64,000 nucleotides of DNA, taken from the IMG/VR virus record IMGVR_UViG_3300030095_006531, positions 1 to 64,000 of that record. One strand, given 5' to 3'. Source of the DNA: a virus. Taxonomy: Duplodnaviria; Caudoviricetes. The notes beneath the pieces were generated by a model. It did not search any database. It was not told where the DNA came from and worked only from the letters and a program-made list of their open reading frames with translations. Made by a program: the position numbers and the translations under genes. Positions 26,801 through 35,707 of this stretch are shown here, in pieces (position 1 is the first letter of the stretch; every line of letters starts with the position of its first letter).

Positions 26801-27225
26801 TTATTCAGCCCTGTTTGGTTTTGTGCCAGAAGCACCAAATGTCTTCTACGATTAAGAATGTCTTTTACTGCTTTTGTTTCAGCCTCGTCTTCTACAGTAA
26901 AACCTCCGCTTGTATCAGCTTTTTTAGAGCCCTTTTCATTCTTACTTTGTTCATACACTCTTGACCACTCGTCCAAAGATGGTATAAAATATGCTTCACA
27001 CCCATAAATTGGCTTGAAGTTTTTGCCCGCTTTATCCATTGACTTTGCGTGTAAGACCTGATATGCTAGGCCATTACAGTTGCCATGATCTGTTAGAGCG
27101 AGAGCGTCACACCCATTTTGATAGGCAAAGTCCATGTGTTGTTGGGGAAACCCTATAGCATCAAAGGGAGAGCCCGCAGTTGAGTGAGCATGTAATCCAA
27201 CGAAGGGTATAGAAGACTTAATCAT
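23833..27225 (-). CDS. dnaE: DNA polymerase III alpha subunit (family C)
   Basis: PHP domain (LHAH, LTDHG, GCEAY, DSHY), SRGSAGGS, PDIDYD, HAGG, KFDILGL, GIFQF, RPGP, YGFNKSH. Confidence 0.97.
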   Translation of the reverse strand: MIKSSIPFVGLHAHSTAGSPFDAIGFPQQHMDFAYQNGCDALALTDHGNCNGLAYQVLHAKSMDKAGKNFKPIYGCEAYFIPSLDEWSRVYEQSKNEKGSKKADTSGGFTVEDEAETKAVKDILNRRRHLVLLAQNQTGLNNIFQLISQSYKPGNFYRFPRIDYNLLQQHNEGIIASSACLGGVYAGDLWENMDNGDEAILNAMRKTTENMQRILGDRWYAELQWFKHPTQMKLNSLIIQVAKEYDVKLISTADSHYFNPDVWKSRELYKRFRPGATAFFGEMADDLEEYGMELYPKNGDQMFASYKKYSSELGFKFDDELIKDSISRTHHIAHNRIEKFYPDNKVRLPSFVIPEGMSEDEALSVLSTNSMQSKSLNEPKYIERLQHELQVIKDRGFSRYFLTMKAISDKASSMQITGPSRGSAGGSLVAYVLGITQVDPIKYGLLFSRFLRSDAKDYPDIDYDVSDPMSLKEALIEEWGEDNVVPISNWNTLQLRSLVKDISKFYDIPYQEVNLVTKKMVFEATGPAKRDHGIKAGVYDPTFDELMKYSKSLQEFLKKYPQVEPHVKTLKGQVRSCSRHAGGLVVGEDLNKYMPLIYSGGVRQTPWTEGQNVRHLEPMGFIKFDILGLSTLRMIEDAISRIIEKKTGQTPAFTQVKKFYEENLHPDTMDFDDQKIYQNIFHRGKWAGIFQFTESGAQSFCKQAKPTSLVDIAAITSIFRPGPLSAKVDKSYVEAKENPNYVKYIHPIVQEVTEETYGFLIFQEQIALLAHRLGKNISLDEGNLLRKLLTKKGTGKGATEKLKIHKKFVDGCAEKGIAEKQAEALWKTFEYFSGYGFNKSHALGYSILSFQCAWLLDNHPLEWVAAFLNKEPESRKEKAINIVKNLGYEIQEVNINLSGRNWDVSNGNKLVQPLTSIKGLGDKAMDQILEHRPFKTVEELLFNPEISYSKLNKKSLDVLVRSGACDTIVDSRFKHCRHLWLSIIDNRPKTKKKLDENIKKFATEHDFSEEEKIENVVSLTGIFPFELVVDKKVKERLNYLKVPPIAEYDKDLQVCWFVPREVIPKKTRNGKTFWIINAIDDTCQITNIKCWNVRPNELVHINRPYVSKLQYDPQWGFSTRSIKANFKLIG

Positions 27226-27231
27226 GTTCGT

Positions 27232-27260
27232 ATATTACACGATTAAAGAGAAGATGTCAA
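27232..27260 (-). promoter_or_regulatory. sigma70-like promoter of dnaE, likely leaderless
   Basis: TTGACA-17-TAATAT, ATG 6 nt downstream, no SD. Confidence 0.75.
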
Positions 27261-27265
27261 GAACT

Positions 27266-27508
27266 TTATTTGATATTTTGTTTTATTATTAGCAAAATAT
27301 CACGACATTCTTTTGCCAAATCATCGCGGCGAGACTCAAAATAAAGATTCATGCGTTGTTGTAAAAAATTTGCCATGATTTTGTATATCTCTTGTTGCCC
27401 AACTAAAACGCCTTTTTCATAATTTTGCTTTATCAGTTTGTCCGCAAACTCCTTATCATAGGTTGATTTATTATTTGATTTTGCGGGGGTTTTTTTTGCT
27501 GCTGCCAT
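27266..27508 (-). CDS. Hypothetical protein
   Basis: AGGAG RBS. Confidence 0.6.
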   Translation of the reverse strand: MAAAKKTPAKSNNKSTYDKEFADKLIKQNYEKGVLVGQQEIYKIMANFLQQRMNLYFESRRDDLAKECRDILLIIKQNIK

Positions 27509-27576
27509 TACAATCTCCTTTATATAAATACACTCTAGTGCTGTCTTTTGTATTTAAAAAACTAATTATATGTGCA

Positions 27577-27999
27577 ATGGGATTTGGTGGCGGATTTTCT
27601 TCTTCAGCTTCAAGAGGTGGGCTTACAGTTGTAAGCGGCTCACACGGACAAGTATTAAGGTTTCACGAAGGTAAAGGTGCTGTCATCGGAAGTAATGATT
27701 TTACATTCGATCATGATACAAAAGCTGTGGGCTTGACAGGTTCGATGAGTTTAAAAGGTAATTTGTCCCACTCTGGCAGCATTACTCCCGAGTCTGGTGA
27801 TCCTTTGGGGAATTCAAACAATAAGTATTCCGAAGTTCACACTAACAACTTTCATGCGGCAAATGTTTACACAGGCGATCTTCACATGAAAAACGAACGC
27901 GGTGACTGGACTGTTGTGGAAGAGAAGGATGCTTTAGTTGTTCGAAATAACTTAACGGGCGAGCGTTTTAAGTTGATGATGGAAAAAATTAACGATTAA
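27577..27999 (+). CDS. Short fibre-associated protein sharing the C-terminal domain of the long fibre
   Basis: NVYTGDLHMKNERGDWTVVEE; start moved to ATG 27577 after ACTAATTA. Confidence 0.7.
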   Translation: MGFGGGFSSSASRGGLTVVSGSHGQVLRFHEGKGAVIGSNDFTFDHDTKAVGLTGSMSLKGNLSHSGSITPESGDPLGNSNNKYSEVHTNNFHAANVYTGDLHMKNERGDWTVVEEKDALVVRNNLTGERFKLMMEKIND

Positions 28000-28090
28000 A
28001 GTCGTTTTCTCTAAAACCCCTTAAAACACCCTCTAACTAACTTTATAATGGCTTTTAAGTTTTTTCTCATTATAATAAAAAAACATATAT

Positions 28091-28228
28091 TTTTTTTCTT
28101 AAGCACTATTGATAGGTTAAGAAAAAAACACAGATTTGTTTCTCGATTGCGCCTCGAAAGGTTGCTGGCAACACTACTTAGGGACTGAACGCAATGACTT
28201 TCAATCGGGGAACTTTCGGGAACGTTCA
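28091..28228 (+). other. Structured 5' leader region upstream of fibre gene
   Basis: 12-bp IR 28091-28102/28117-28128; 12-bp stem 28138-28149/28202-28213 with internal hairpins. Confidence 0.45.
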
Positions 28229-28261
28229 AATTTAAACACATATTTTAGGAGGAAAAAAAAT

Positions 28262-30409
28262 ATGAGTACATTTAGTTATGGTATTCTGTCTGGTGGGACC
28301 GGCTCGTTCGGAAACATGCAGTACACAGACAATAGCTCAGGCACAGCAAGAGAATTTCTGGTGTCTGGTTCTAAGGGTCCGACCCTTAAAAATCTTACCG
28401 ACGTAACAATTCAAGGAAACTTGACTGTTCAAGGTACAACAACAACAGTTGATTCCACACAAGTTACAATCGGGGATCGTATTCTACAATTGAATACGTC
28501 TGATGGTGCTGGTGATGGTGGTATTTACGTTAATGACGCAGGTACAAATCAAACTGGTTCATTTTTGTGGGACTCTGACACAGATCGTTGGATGGGTGGT
28601 CTAAAAAATGCAGAGGTTATTCTTGTAGATAGAACTTCCACTGACACAATGACCAATAAAACTCTAACAAGCCCAGTCATCAACACTGGTGATATTAACA
28701 ACCCGGATATTGATGGTGGTAATATTGATGGAACAGCCATCGGTGCTTCAACACAATCATCCGTTAAAGCGACTACGCTTTCTGGTTCAAGCACATTGGA
28801 TGTTGATGGTAATGCACAATTTAATGGTTCTGTAACTGTTAAGAATGGCCAAACATTCACCTCAAACACTGTTGATATTAACGGTGGTGCAATTGATGGT
28901 GCAAACATTGGTGCTGCTTCACGCGGTACTGCTGCTTTTACAACCCTTGATGCAAATGGCGACATCACACTTGGTAGTGATTTTAACGACACAATTACCT
29001 TCAATGGTTATGCAACAACTTTTAGACCTTCAGATACTTCTCAAGATCTTGGTGCGGACGCAAGCAAATGGCGTAAACTTTATGTCACTGACATTGAAGG
29101 GTCGGCTTCGTCTGATTATGTAGGGTTCGGTTCAAGAGTTGGTTTTGAACAGCAAGTGTTTATGTCTGGTAGTGTTGTTCTTGGTGATGCAACATCTGAT
29201 ACAATCACAGCAACTGCTCGTTTTAATACAGATCTTGTTCCAAGCACTGACTCGGCTCGCGATCTTGGTACTTCTGCTCTTCAATGGGCTCAATTGCACG
29301 TAGATGCTGGTTATATTGATCAGTTGGGTGCGGCGCTTGATGCAAACAGTCAAAACATTACTAACGCTGGCAACATTTATGGTTCCGCAGTTTCAGGTAG
29401 TGTGTCTGTTCAAGGTGGTGCTGGTACATTTGCAAGTGCGGCGGTTGCTGGTGCTTTAACAGTAGATGGCAATGTTGATCTTGGTAATGCAACCTCAGAT
29501 ACAATCACAGCGACTGGTCGTTTTGATTCTGATCTTGTTCCAAGCACTGACTCTGCACGAGATCTTGGTACTTCTGCTTTGCAATGGAAGGATCTTCACT
29601 TGGACAAAGGTTACATTGACCAACTTGGTTCTGCTCTTGATGCAAACAGCCAAAACATTACTGGTGCAGGAAACCTTTATGGTTCTGCTGTTTCTGGTTC
29701 TGTTTCTGTTCAAGGTGGAGCAGCTTCATTTGTGAGCGCAGCAATTGCTGGTGGCCTAACAGTAAATGGAAACGTTGATCTTGGCGATGAGTCAAGTGAC
29801 ACAATTACGGCTAATGGTCGTTTTGATTCCGATCTTCTTCCAAGCACTGACTCTGCTCGTGACCTAGGTTCATCTGCTCTTCAATGGGCTCAGTTGCATG
29901 TTGATCAAGGTAATATTGACCAACTTGGTTCTGCTCTTGATGCAAACAGTCAAAACATTACTGGTGCTGGAAACCTTTATGGTTCCGCAGTTTCTGGTAG
30001 TGTCTCTGTTCAAGGTGGTGCTGGTACATTTGCAAGCGCAACTATCTCCGGTCTTTTTGAGGCGAATGGAAATGTTGATCTTGGTAATGCAACATCCGAC
30101 ACAATCACAGCGACTGGTCGTTTTGATTCGGATCTTGTACCTTCAAGTGATGACGCACGTGACCTTGGTACTTCTACTCTTCAATGGAAAGACCTTTATG
30201 TTGACGGTATTGCTTATATCGATCAACTCGGTACTGATGGCGATAAAATCGCCGCTGTTTACGCGACCAACGTGTACACAGGCGATTTCCATATGAAGAA
30301 TGAGCGTGGCGATTGGACACTATTCGAGGAAGCAGATCACTTGCGGATCCGAAACAACCAAACTGGTCAAGAATTTAAAATGGATATGACTCCAATTTCT
30401 GAAGAATAA
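28262..30409 (+). CDS. Tail fibre/spike-like beta-rich repeat protein
   Basis: AGGAGG RBS before ATG 28262; G/S/T/D-rich; 100-aa repeats; C-terminal VYTGDFHMKNERGDWT domain. Confidence 0.8.
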   Translation: MSTFSYGILSGGTGSFGNMQYTDNSSGTAREFLVSGSKGPTLKNLTDVTIQGNLTVQGTTTTVDSTQVTIGDRILQLNTSDGAGDGGIYVNDAGTNQTGSFLWDSDTDRWMGGLKNAEVILVDRTSTDTMTNKTLTSPVINTGDINNPDIDGGNIDGTAIGASTQSSVKATTLSGSSTLDVDGNAQFNGSVTVKNGQTFTSNTVDINGGAIDGANIGAASRGTAAFTTLDANGDITLGSDFNDTITFNGYATTFRPSDTSQDLGADASKWRKLYVTDIEGSASSDYVGFGSRVGFEQQVFMSGSVVLGDATSDTITATARFNTDLVPSTDSARDLGTSALQWAQLHVDAGYIDQLGAALDANSQNITNAGNIYGSAVSGSVSVQGGAGTFASAAVAGALTVDGNVDLGNATSDTITATGRFDSDLVPSTDSARDLGTSALQWKDLHLDKGYIDQLGSALDANSQNITGAGNLYGSAVSGSVSVQGGAASFVSAAIAGGLTVNGNVDLGDESSDTITANGRFDSDLLPSTDSARDLGSSALQWAQLHVDQGNIDQLGSALDANSQNITGAGNLYGSAVSGSVSVQGGAGTFASATISGLFEANGNVDLGNATSDTITATGRFDSDLVPSSDDARDLGTSTLQWKDLYVDGIAYIDQLGTDGDKIAAVYATNVYTGDFHMKNERGDWTLFEEADHLRIRNNQTGQEFKMDMTPISEE
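29171..30240 (+). repeat. About 3.5 tandem 300-nt (100 aa) coding repeats
   Basis: cttgg(t/c) LGxATSDTITA anchor at 29180, 29480, 29780, 30080. Confidence 0.92.
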
Positions 30410-30444
30410 AATATTATTCTTTAGTTCTTGAACTAAAATAAAGT

Positions 30445-30483
30445 CCCTCGTCCGGCTAGTAGTTGGGCGAGGGCATTTTTTTT
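30445..30483 (+). terminator. Terminator between convergent genes
   Basis: ccctcgtccggct/agttgggcgaggg stem plus T-run. Confidence 0.75.
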
Positions 30484-30745
30484 ACTTATCTTTTACTTGG
30501 ATGGGGATCAGTACAACACTACAGGTTTCTTCTTCGCATTGTATGTTTTCAAATGTATAGGGGCCAGCATGAAAAAAAGCAGGCGTGTTTTCAATCTTAT
30601 AATATGTACCCCTATCTCCGTTAATAATAATAAAAACCTCTTCATCAGGGCGTTCATTTTTAAGACGCCTTATTACTTCACTTACTTTCATACAAAATAA
30701 CCCAATGTAAATGAAAGGCTTAAAAGTGTTAATACATTTGTCCAA
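30482..30745 (-). CDS. Hypothetical protein (true start probably downstream at MKVSE)
   Basis: ORF track. Confidence 0.5.
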   Translation of the reverse strand: MDKCINTFKPFIYIGLFCMKVSEVIRRLKNERPDEEVFIIINGDRGTYYKIENTPAFFHAGPYTFENIQCEEETCSVVLIPIQVKDK

Positions 30746-30999
30746 AGAAGAAACTTAAGTAATTTGTTTCTTTGCCTCATCATGTCAATAAATTCAGCTA
30801 TTGTTTCGTCTTGTTTCAAAATTAAATTACTCTCCACCTCATCCATCCTTATTTCAATATCTTTTAACAACTCTGGGTTTATTCTCGAATAAACCTCATC
30901 GCCAATCTTTTGTCGCTCTTGGGCATCTTTTCGCTTTTGAGCTTCTGTTTTCAAAAGGGCTGCTCTTTGAAAGTCCCTGCTAAATCCACCTTGCGGCAT
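30688..30999 (-). CDS. Hypothetical protein with C-terminal TM helix
   Basis: FLLWTNVLTLLSLSFTLGYFV. Confidence 0.55.
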   Translation of the reverse strand: MPQGGFSRDFQRAALLKTEAQKRKDAQERQKIGDEVYSRINPELLKDIEIRMDEVESNLILKQDETIAEFIDMMRQRNKLLKFLLWTNVLTLLSLSFTLGYFV

Positions 31000-31000
31000 T

Positions 31001-31423
31001 TTATCCTACTCCTTGAGAGCCAGTCCAGTTATGGTGTAGCTCTACCTGATCAATCGTGGTCAAGCCTGCTATAACAGAGGCGGTTGCGTTAAGTGCTCCG
31101 CCTGTTGGGTCGATTCGCATATAGACGGCTTGAACTCTCCAGTCTGCTGAATATGACTCTTGATTGTTTAAAATCAACCAATTGTTGTTGCCCGAGTCGT
31201 TTACTCCGTTTTCGGAAAAACCAATTCTTACGTCCACTTCGTTGGAACCATCGGGACCAGTGTTTTTAATCGTTACAAATCTGGTCACATTTGGAAATTC
31301 TATTTTTATTATACTATTGTTGCTGGGAATTTCAATCGAAGCAGATAGGAACGGCTTTGCACTTGATTGATACGAACCAACATTACCCAAGCCTGCACGA
31401 TAGTCAAAGTAGTTAGTTGCCAA
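31001..31423 (-). CDS. Putative virion protein, GLGxVGSYQ family paralog
   Basis: GLGNVGSYQSSAKPF...IAGLT...NWTGSQGVG, matching 63380-63787. Confidence 0.7.
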   Translation of the reverse strand: MATNYFDYRAGLGNVGSYQSSAKPFLSASIEIPSNNSIIKIEFPNVTRFVTIKNTGPDGSNEVDVRIGFSENGVNDSGNNNWLILNNQESYSADWRVQAVYMRIDPTGGALNATASVIAGLTTIDQVELHHNWTGSQGVG

Positions 31424-31425
31424 TT

Positions 31426-32388
31426 TTAATTTTCCTCTTTATCATAAGTAGTTAGAGTCTCATCTTCCCCAATCTTATTCCACTTTTTATCACTAAAAAA
31501 TTTTAATTTTGGCTTCAACATCCTTTTTCTCTCTTCAGAAGACAGGTAAATGCACAAGTTGTCCCAAGAACTAATATCATAATACCATTCCATCTCCAGT
31601 TTCATTGTGGGTTTTGATAAATCTATTTTAGCAAAGATTTCTTCTATTTTAAAATATCTTCCTGAATATCTTTCTTCTGCTGGTAAGAGCTTCGTATAGT
31701 ATTTTTCTTCCCTCAAGCTTTCTTTGGGCTGGGATGTGTCATATTTTCCAGTTTGTTGATCCCAAAAATACTTTATTAATTTTCCTAGCTCACTTTCTTC
31801 AAACGCAAAGCCCACATATTTTCCATCCAATACAGACTCCCCTTTATCTGTGAGAACAAAAAAGTTTCCTTTACTCGATATGTCTTTACGATATTTGCGT
31901 AAATACTGTGATGGGTAAACAGAGTTTGGAAATGCAACATAGTATTTGTTTGGAGCGACCCACTTGCTTAACCCTAAACACACTTTTTTGGCCACTTTTG
32001 CCCCATAAAGAATACTCCACGGCAAAGAATCCCTCTTGTCTTCATCGCGAGGATGTATGCCAACATAATAAATGGGGATTTCTTTCCTATAGTTTGAGGG
32101 GTATGGGCTAAATTTTCTACTGATCCAGACTGGATCTTGTATCATTTCCCCCACACGGTGCTTTAATAGGGGTTGAATATTTGAATGACATATCACCCAA
32201 ATTGTTTCACATCCCACGGTGGCACACTCTAAGACTGCTCTTTCGATTGCTAGAAAATCTGAAGATATTGGAACCATAGAATCTGGCCAAGGGAAATTAA
32301 AATCCATTTGTGGGCCAGCGACGGGAACTATTCCAGCTAAGTGATAAGATTTTGTACTAGGTAATTCTTCGGGCGAGGTTTGCGGCAT
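31426..32388 (-). CDS. Divergent sugar-phosphate nucleotidyltransferase-like protein
   Basis: LAGIVPVAG..P..MVPI..AIERAVLECATVGCETIWVI; W.DISSW near the C-terminus. Confidence 0.55.
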   Translation of the reverse strand: MPQTSPEELPSTKSYHLAGIVPVAGPQMDFNFPWPDSMVPISSDFLAIERAVLECATVGCETIWVICHSNIQPLLKHRVGEMIQDPVWISRKFSPYPSNYRKEIPIYYVGIHPRDEDKRDSLPWSILYGAKVAKKVCLGLSKWVAPNKYYVAFPNSVYPSQYLRKYRKDISSKGNFFVLTDKGESVLDGKYVGFAFEESELGKLIKYFWDQQTGKYDTSQPKESLREEKYYTKLLPAEERYSGRYFKIEEIFAKIDLSKPTMKLEMEWYYDISSWDNLCIYLSSEERKRMLKPKLKFFSDKKWNKIGEDETLTTYDKEEN

Positions 32389-33286
32389 AACATTTTTTTG
32401 CAGTGTTTTGTTTTATTATATCACGAAGTGAAGAATAAATGAAGACCATATCATCACTTGAGTCATATAAATTTTGCGAAAACTTAACAGCGCGGGAAAC
32501 AGTTTCTAATTTAACAGAATAATATTTATACTTTGTTTTATCATTTACATCTCTCCCGTTTCTGGCACCCCTAATTCCAACCTCTTTCATCATATAAAGT
32601 GTTTTAAACCTGGCATTTATGTCTGAATATTCAAAATCTTCTAGTTGTTTCTTATTCAAATACGAAACTCCAACTGCATCTTTAAGATTGTGCTTGCCGT
32701 CGATTCGTTGGGATGGGTAAAAAATTATTTCACGCACGAAATCGTTTTCACTATAAACTAAATCGTAATCATGTTTCATACCGCTCTTAACATCAAACCA
32801 GTCATACACAGCACACCTACTATCACTTAGTGTGGGTGGAGGTAAACCATGTAAGTTATAGTCATCAAAAATAATTAATTTGTTATAAGATGCCTTAATC
32901 AGTCGAGCATTGGATGTGGATATTTTTAAAATACCATCCTGTATCCTTAGAGATGACACGTTGTTCGACTTAATACACAGGCCAGATAAATTTAAATAAA
33001 AATATAACTTTTCCCACAAAGGCAATTTTAGTGAACCCACTTCTAAGGGGGATTTATTTGTTTTTAGATTTTTTATTTCGTTTTTAAAATTAAAAACTGT
33101 TAAATCCAAATCGGGGTCAAATCTTTCAAAAAAATAAGGAGCAATAGTTCTGGTAGAAACAAAGGGAGTATTGGTTAAATATGAATAAGCAAGTGCTTCG
33201 AGGGATGAACCGATAATAATTTTATCGTGATTGACCTCGATATTTCGTATCCTCGAATGCAAATCACTCTTTGGTAAAAAACTCAC
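32357..33286 (-). CDS. Hypothetical protein, possible degenerate Rossmann fold
   Basis: KIIIGSSLEAL. Confidence 0.55.
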   Translation of the reverse strand: MSFLPKSDLHSRIRNIEVNHDKIIIGSSLEALAYSYLTNTPFVSTRTIAPYFFERFDPDLDLTVFNFKNEIKNLKTNKSPLEVGSLKLPLWEKLYFYLNLSGLCIKSNNVSSLRIQDGILKISTSNARLIKASYNKLIIFDDYNLHGLPPPTLSDSRCAVYDWFDVKSGMKHDYDLVYSENDFVREIIFYPSQRIDGKHNLKDAVGVSYLNKKQLEDFEYSDINARFKTLYMMKEVGIRGARNGRDVNDKTKYKYYSVKLETVSRAVKFSQNLYDSSDDMVFIYSSLRDIIKQNTAKKCYAANLARRIT

Positions 33287-33334
33287 AGAAAATAACCCAA
33301 AACAACAAGAAAATAATAACCCTATCTACTCTCT

Positions 33335-33646
33335 CTAGTTCAAGCATTGGAGTTTGTTTTTAATTTTTGTCGCCATGTCAAAGTTTTGTTTTGTAATTTG
33401 TTCCATCTCTTGTAAAACAAACTCTCTGTTTTGGCCAAAATCCTCCGAATATAATAGCAGTGATATTCCTTCGCTTTTAGCCCTCATTTTCTCAAAATCA
33501 GGAATAATAAAAGAAATCATTTCCTGCTTAACAGGATCACCATCACACAACATTGCTGCGTTCAATAATTCTTTGCTGGATGTTACAAAGTCGTTACATA
33601 TCCTTGCAAAATTTTCAACATCATTTTCTTCCATAATCATCATCAT
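33335..33646 (-). CDS. Hypothetical protein
   Basis: GAGG RBS. Confidence 0.55.
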   Translation of the reverse strand: MMMIMEENDVENFARICNDFVTSSKELLNAAMLCDGDPVKQEMISFIIPDFEKMRAKSEGISLLLYSEDFGQNREFVLQEMEQITKQNFDMATKIKNKLQCLN

Positions 33647-33980
33647 ACCTCACTATATCATCTTCTCCAAAATAGTCTCCAACTTGCACCTCAACAAACA
33701 CCAAAGGCTTTTTTCCATTACACTCCATCCGATGTTTTGATTCACGTGGGATAAAAAAGCACCGGCCAGGAAATGCGTCAAGTTCTTGTCCTTCCAGATT
33801 TACAATACCAGAACCTGCCACAACTGTCCAAACCTCAGTTCTTTTATGATGAGATTGATAGGACAATCTTTGGCCAGGATTAACAACAATTTCTTTTAAT
33901 TTATAATATTTTCTGTCCTCTAGAACCTCATAGGTTCCCCATGGTCGGACTTCAACGCCTTTTCGCTTTCTCATATGCAC
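33621..33980 (-). CDS. Mannose-6-phosphate isomerase type II cupin domain (stand-alone)
   Basis: RPWG.YEVL, VNPGQRLSYQSHHKRTEVW, HRM, EVQVGDYFGEDDIVRYDDDYGR. Confidence 0.88.
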   Translation of the reverse strand: MHMRKRKGVEVRPWGTYEVLEDRKYYKLKEIVVNPGQRLSYQSHHKRTEVWTVVAGSGIVNLEGQELDAFPGRCFFIPRESKHRMECNGKKPLVFVEVQVGDYFGEDDIVRYDDDYGRK

Positions 33981-34650
33981 CCACTGTTATTGGATATAAC
34001 TGTTTTACCACTTCTAACACAGCTTTGGCAACTTTTTGAATTTCGCCTTGTGCGCCTTCATGACTTCGTAAATCCACAAATTTTAAAATGTTATTAAGAT
34101 TTGCTGTGCCGTAATACTCTGTATACATATTTTGCGGCAACAATCCTCTAGCTTGCTCTCGGCAAACTCCAGATTCCAGCAAGTTTTCATAATATTTTCT
34201 TACCAAATTGAGGTGTCGCCTTACTGATTCATGGACTTGACAACCTAATATGGGTTGACACATCGGCCCTGTGACAAACTCGTCCTCATGACTGGCTTGT
34301 CTATTAGACTTATGTTGTGTTCTGTATAAATCTGGATTATAAAACTCTATATTATATTCTGTATATCTTCTGGAGATTTCATTATAACTCCATGTTCTAT
34401 GTCTGTGGTGTTGTGAGCGAACATATAAAGGGACTTTAAACCTGAACGTCACAACACAATGTTCTAGTGTAGAAGTGTGACGATGCTTGATCAAGTAATT
34501 AATCAATTTTTCGTCCTTCTCATCTAATAATTGTTTATGCTTCCCAAAAGATACACGAGCAGAATTAACGACAGATAAATCGCAACCCATGTGCTCGACA
34601 TATTCTACTTTTCCTATATTATCATCATAAAGATAAATTGGCTCAATCAT
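33952..34650 (-). CDS. thyX: Flavin-dependent thymidylate synthase
   Basis: VVNSARVS, HRHTSTLEH, QHHRHRTWSYNEISRRY, REQARGLLP, LRSHEGAQ.EI. Confidence 0.95.
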   Translation of the reverse strand: MIEPIYLYDDNIGKVEYVEHMGCDLSVVNSARVSFGKHKQLLDEKDEKLINYLIKHRHTSTLEHCVVTFRFKVPLYVRSQHHRHRTWSYNEISRRYTEYNIEFYNPDLYRTQHKSNRQASHEDEFVTGPMCQPILGCQVHESVRRHLNLVRKYYENLLESGVCREQARGLLPQNMYTEYYGTANLNNILKFVDLRSHEGAQGEIQKVAKAVLEVVKQLYPITVGAYEKAKRR

Positions 34651-35335
34651 TTTTAATCTTAGCCTCAATTAAATTAAGGTAATATTGTTTTTTCATTGCA
34701 TCTAATCGAGATTTTGATTTAAAATTTTTCCATTTATCGTATATTTCTTTGAACTGAGTTTTCTTGCCAGCTATTTTTGACCAATATTCGGCAGCGTCAT
34801 CCACGATGAAAAGTTCGTCATACCCTTCTTCACCTCCAGCCCACACTTCATCAATGATGGTTCCATCATTCGTATACAAATGTATTGCATAAGGATTATC
34901 TGGCTCATTGTTTCTTGGGCCACCGAAAATAAATGAATCTTGTTCAAATTCTTTTGCTAGTTCTTGAGCAGCGTCAAATAGAGATGTTGAGGTTCTGAAT
35001 TTATCACCCCTTGGCTCTTCCCAGACCAAGATAGAGTCTTCAACAACCACATCACCCTCTGGTCCGCCTTCTTTATATCCACTTCCAGGCATACCCACAT
35101 AAGAAAAGCCTGCCTCATCAAGAGATAATTTTAATTCTTTATTTCTTTCGATGTTCTCTTCCTTATTGTAGTCGCCTCGAAAGGCGGTCAACATGGCAAA
35201 AGGAATTTTTTCACCTTCTATTCTTCTCTTGATTCTTCCATAGTTTGCTTCATTCAAGATTTGTGGTTTGGCTAATAAAATTGTTTTTGGATTTAACGCT
35301 TCCACAATTAACTTTTTTAAGTCTTTTATATTCAT
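34643..35335 (-). CDS. Hypothetical T4-like phage protein
   Basis: MLTAFRG..ENIERNKEL..G.YKE..F.QDS; MNIKDLKKLIVEA leader. Confidence 0.65.
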   Translation of the reverse strand: MNIKDLKKLIVEALNPKTILLAKPQILNEANYGRIKRRIEGEKIPFAMLTAFRGDYNKEENIERNKELKLSLDEAGFSYVGMPGSGYKEGGPEGDVVVEDSILVWEEPRGDKFRTSTSLFDAAQELAKEFEQDSFIFGGPRNNEPDNPYAIHLYTNDGTIIDEVWAGGEEGYDELFIVDDAAEYWSKIAGKKTQFKEIYDKWKNFKSKSRLDAMKKQYYLNLIEAKIKND

Positions 35336-35347
35336 ATCTATATTCCT

Positions 35348-35707
35348 TTATTCGTCAACAACCCCTACAATGTAGTTTTGATGGATGATGTTAAAGTTTT
35401 TTCCCATCACTTTAACGTCCTCAATCATCGAATTGTCTACAACCAAAGTAACCTGTCCATTATTCTTTGCTGAACTCACGAACATATCGTCCATAGTACC
35501 AGTGGAGGTGGTCCAACTTGGTTGATTTGGGTTTAGATTTTTTAAAAATTGCTCACAATCAGAAGCAGCACATAAAAATTCTACCAAACCATATCTTTCA
35601 GTATTACTAAGTTTTGCCTCTTCCGGGATAAGGACTGGGCTCGTCTCTTTGACCTCCTCCACTTTCTTCACTAGAACATGTTTGTTGAATGGTTTAAATT
35701 TACACAT
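35348..35707 (-). CDS. groES: Co-chaperonin GroES-like (extended)
   Basis: FKPFNKHVLVKKVEE, mobile loop, IIHQNYIVGVV; 119 aa. Confidence 0.75.
   Translation of the reverse strand: MCKFKPFNKHVLVKKVEEVKETSPVLIPEEAKLSNTERYGLVEFLCAASDCEQFLKNLNPNQPSWTTSTGTMDDMFVSSAKNNGQVTLVVDNSMIEDVKVMGKNFNIIHQNYIVGVVDE

Noticed and set aside
28011-28549. - strand ORF 28011-28241 and N-terminal extension 28136-28261
   Set aside because: Lies in the AT-rich promoter/leader gap; strong AGGAGG supports the 28262 start
29171-30240. DGR template/variable repeat pair
   Set aside because: Tandem coding repeats without adenine-specific mismatches; no reverse transcriptase seen
27500-30490. Invertible fibre cassette
   Set aside because: No convincing flanking inverted repeats and no invertase in the window; the short IR at 27516-27556 is better explained by divergent promoters
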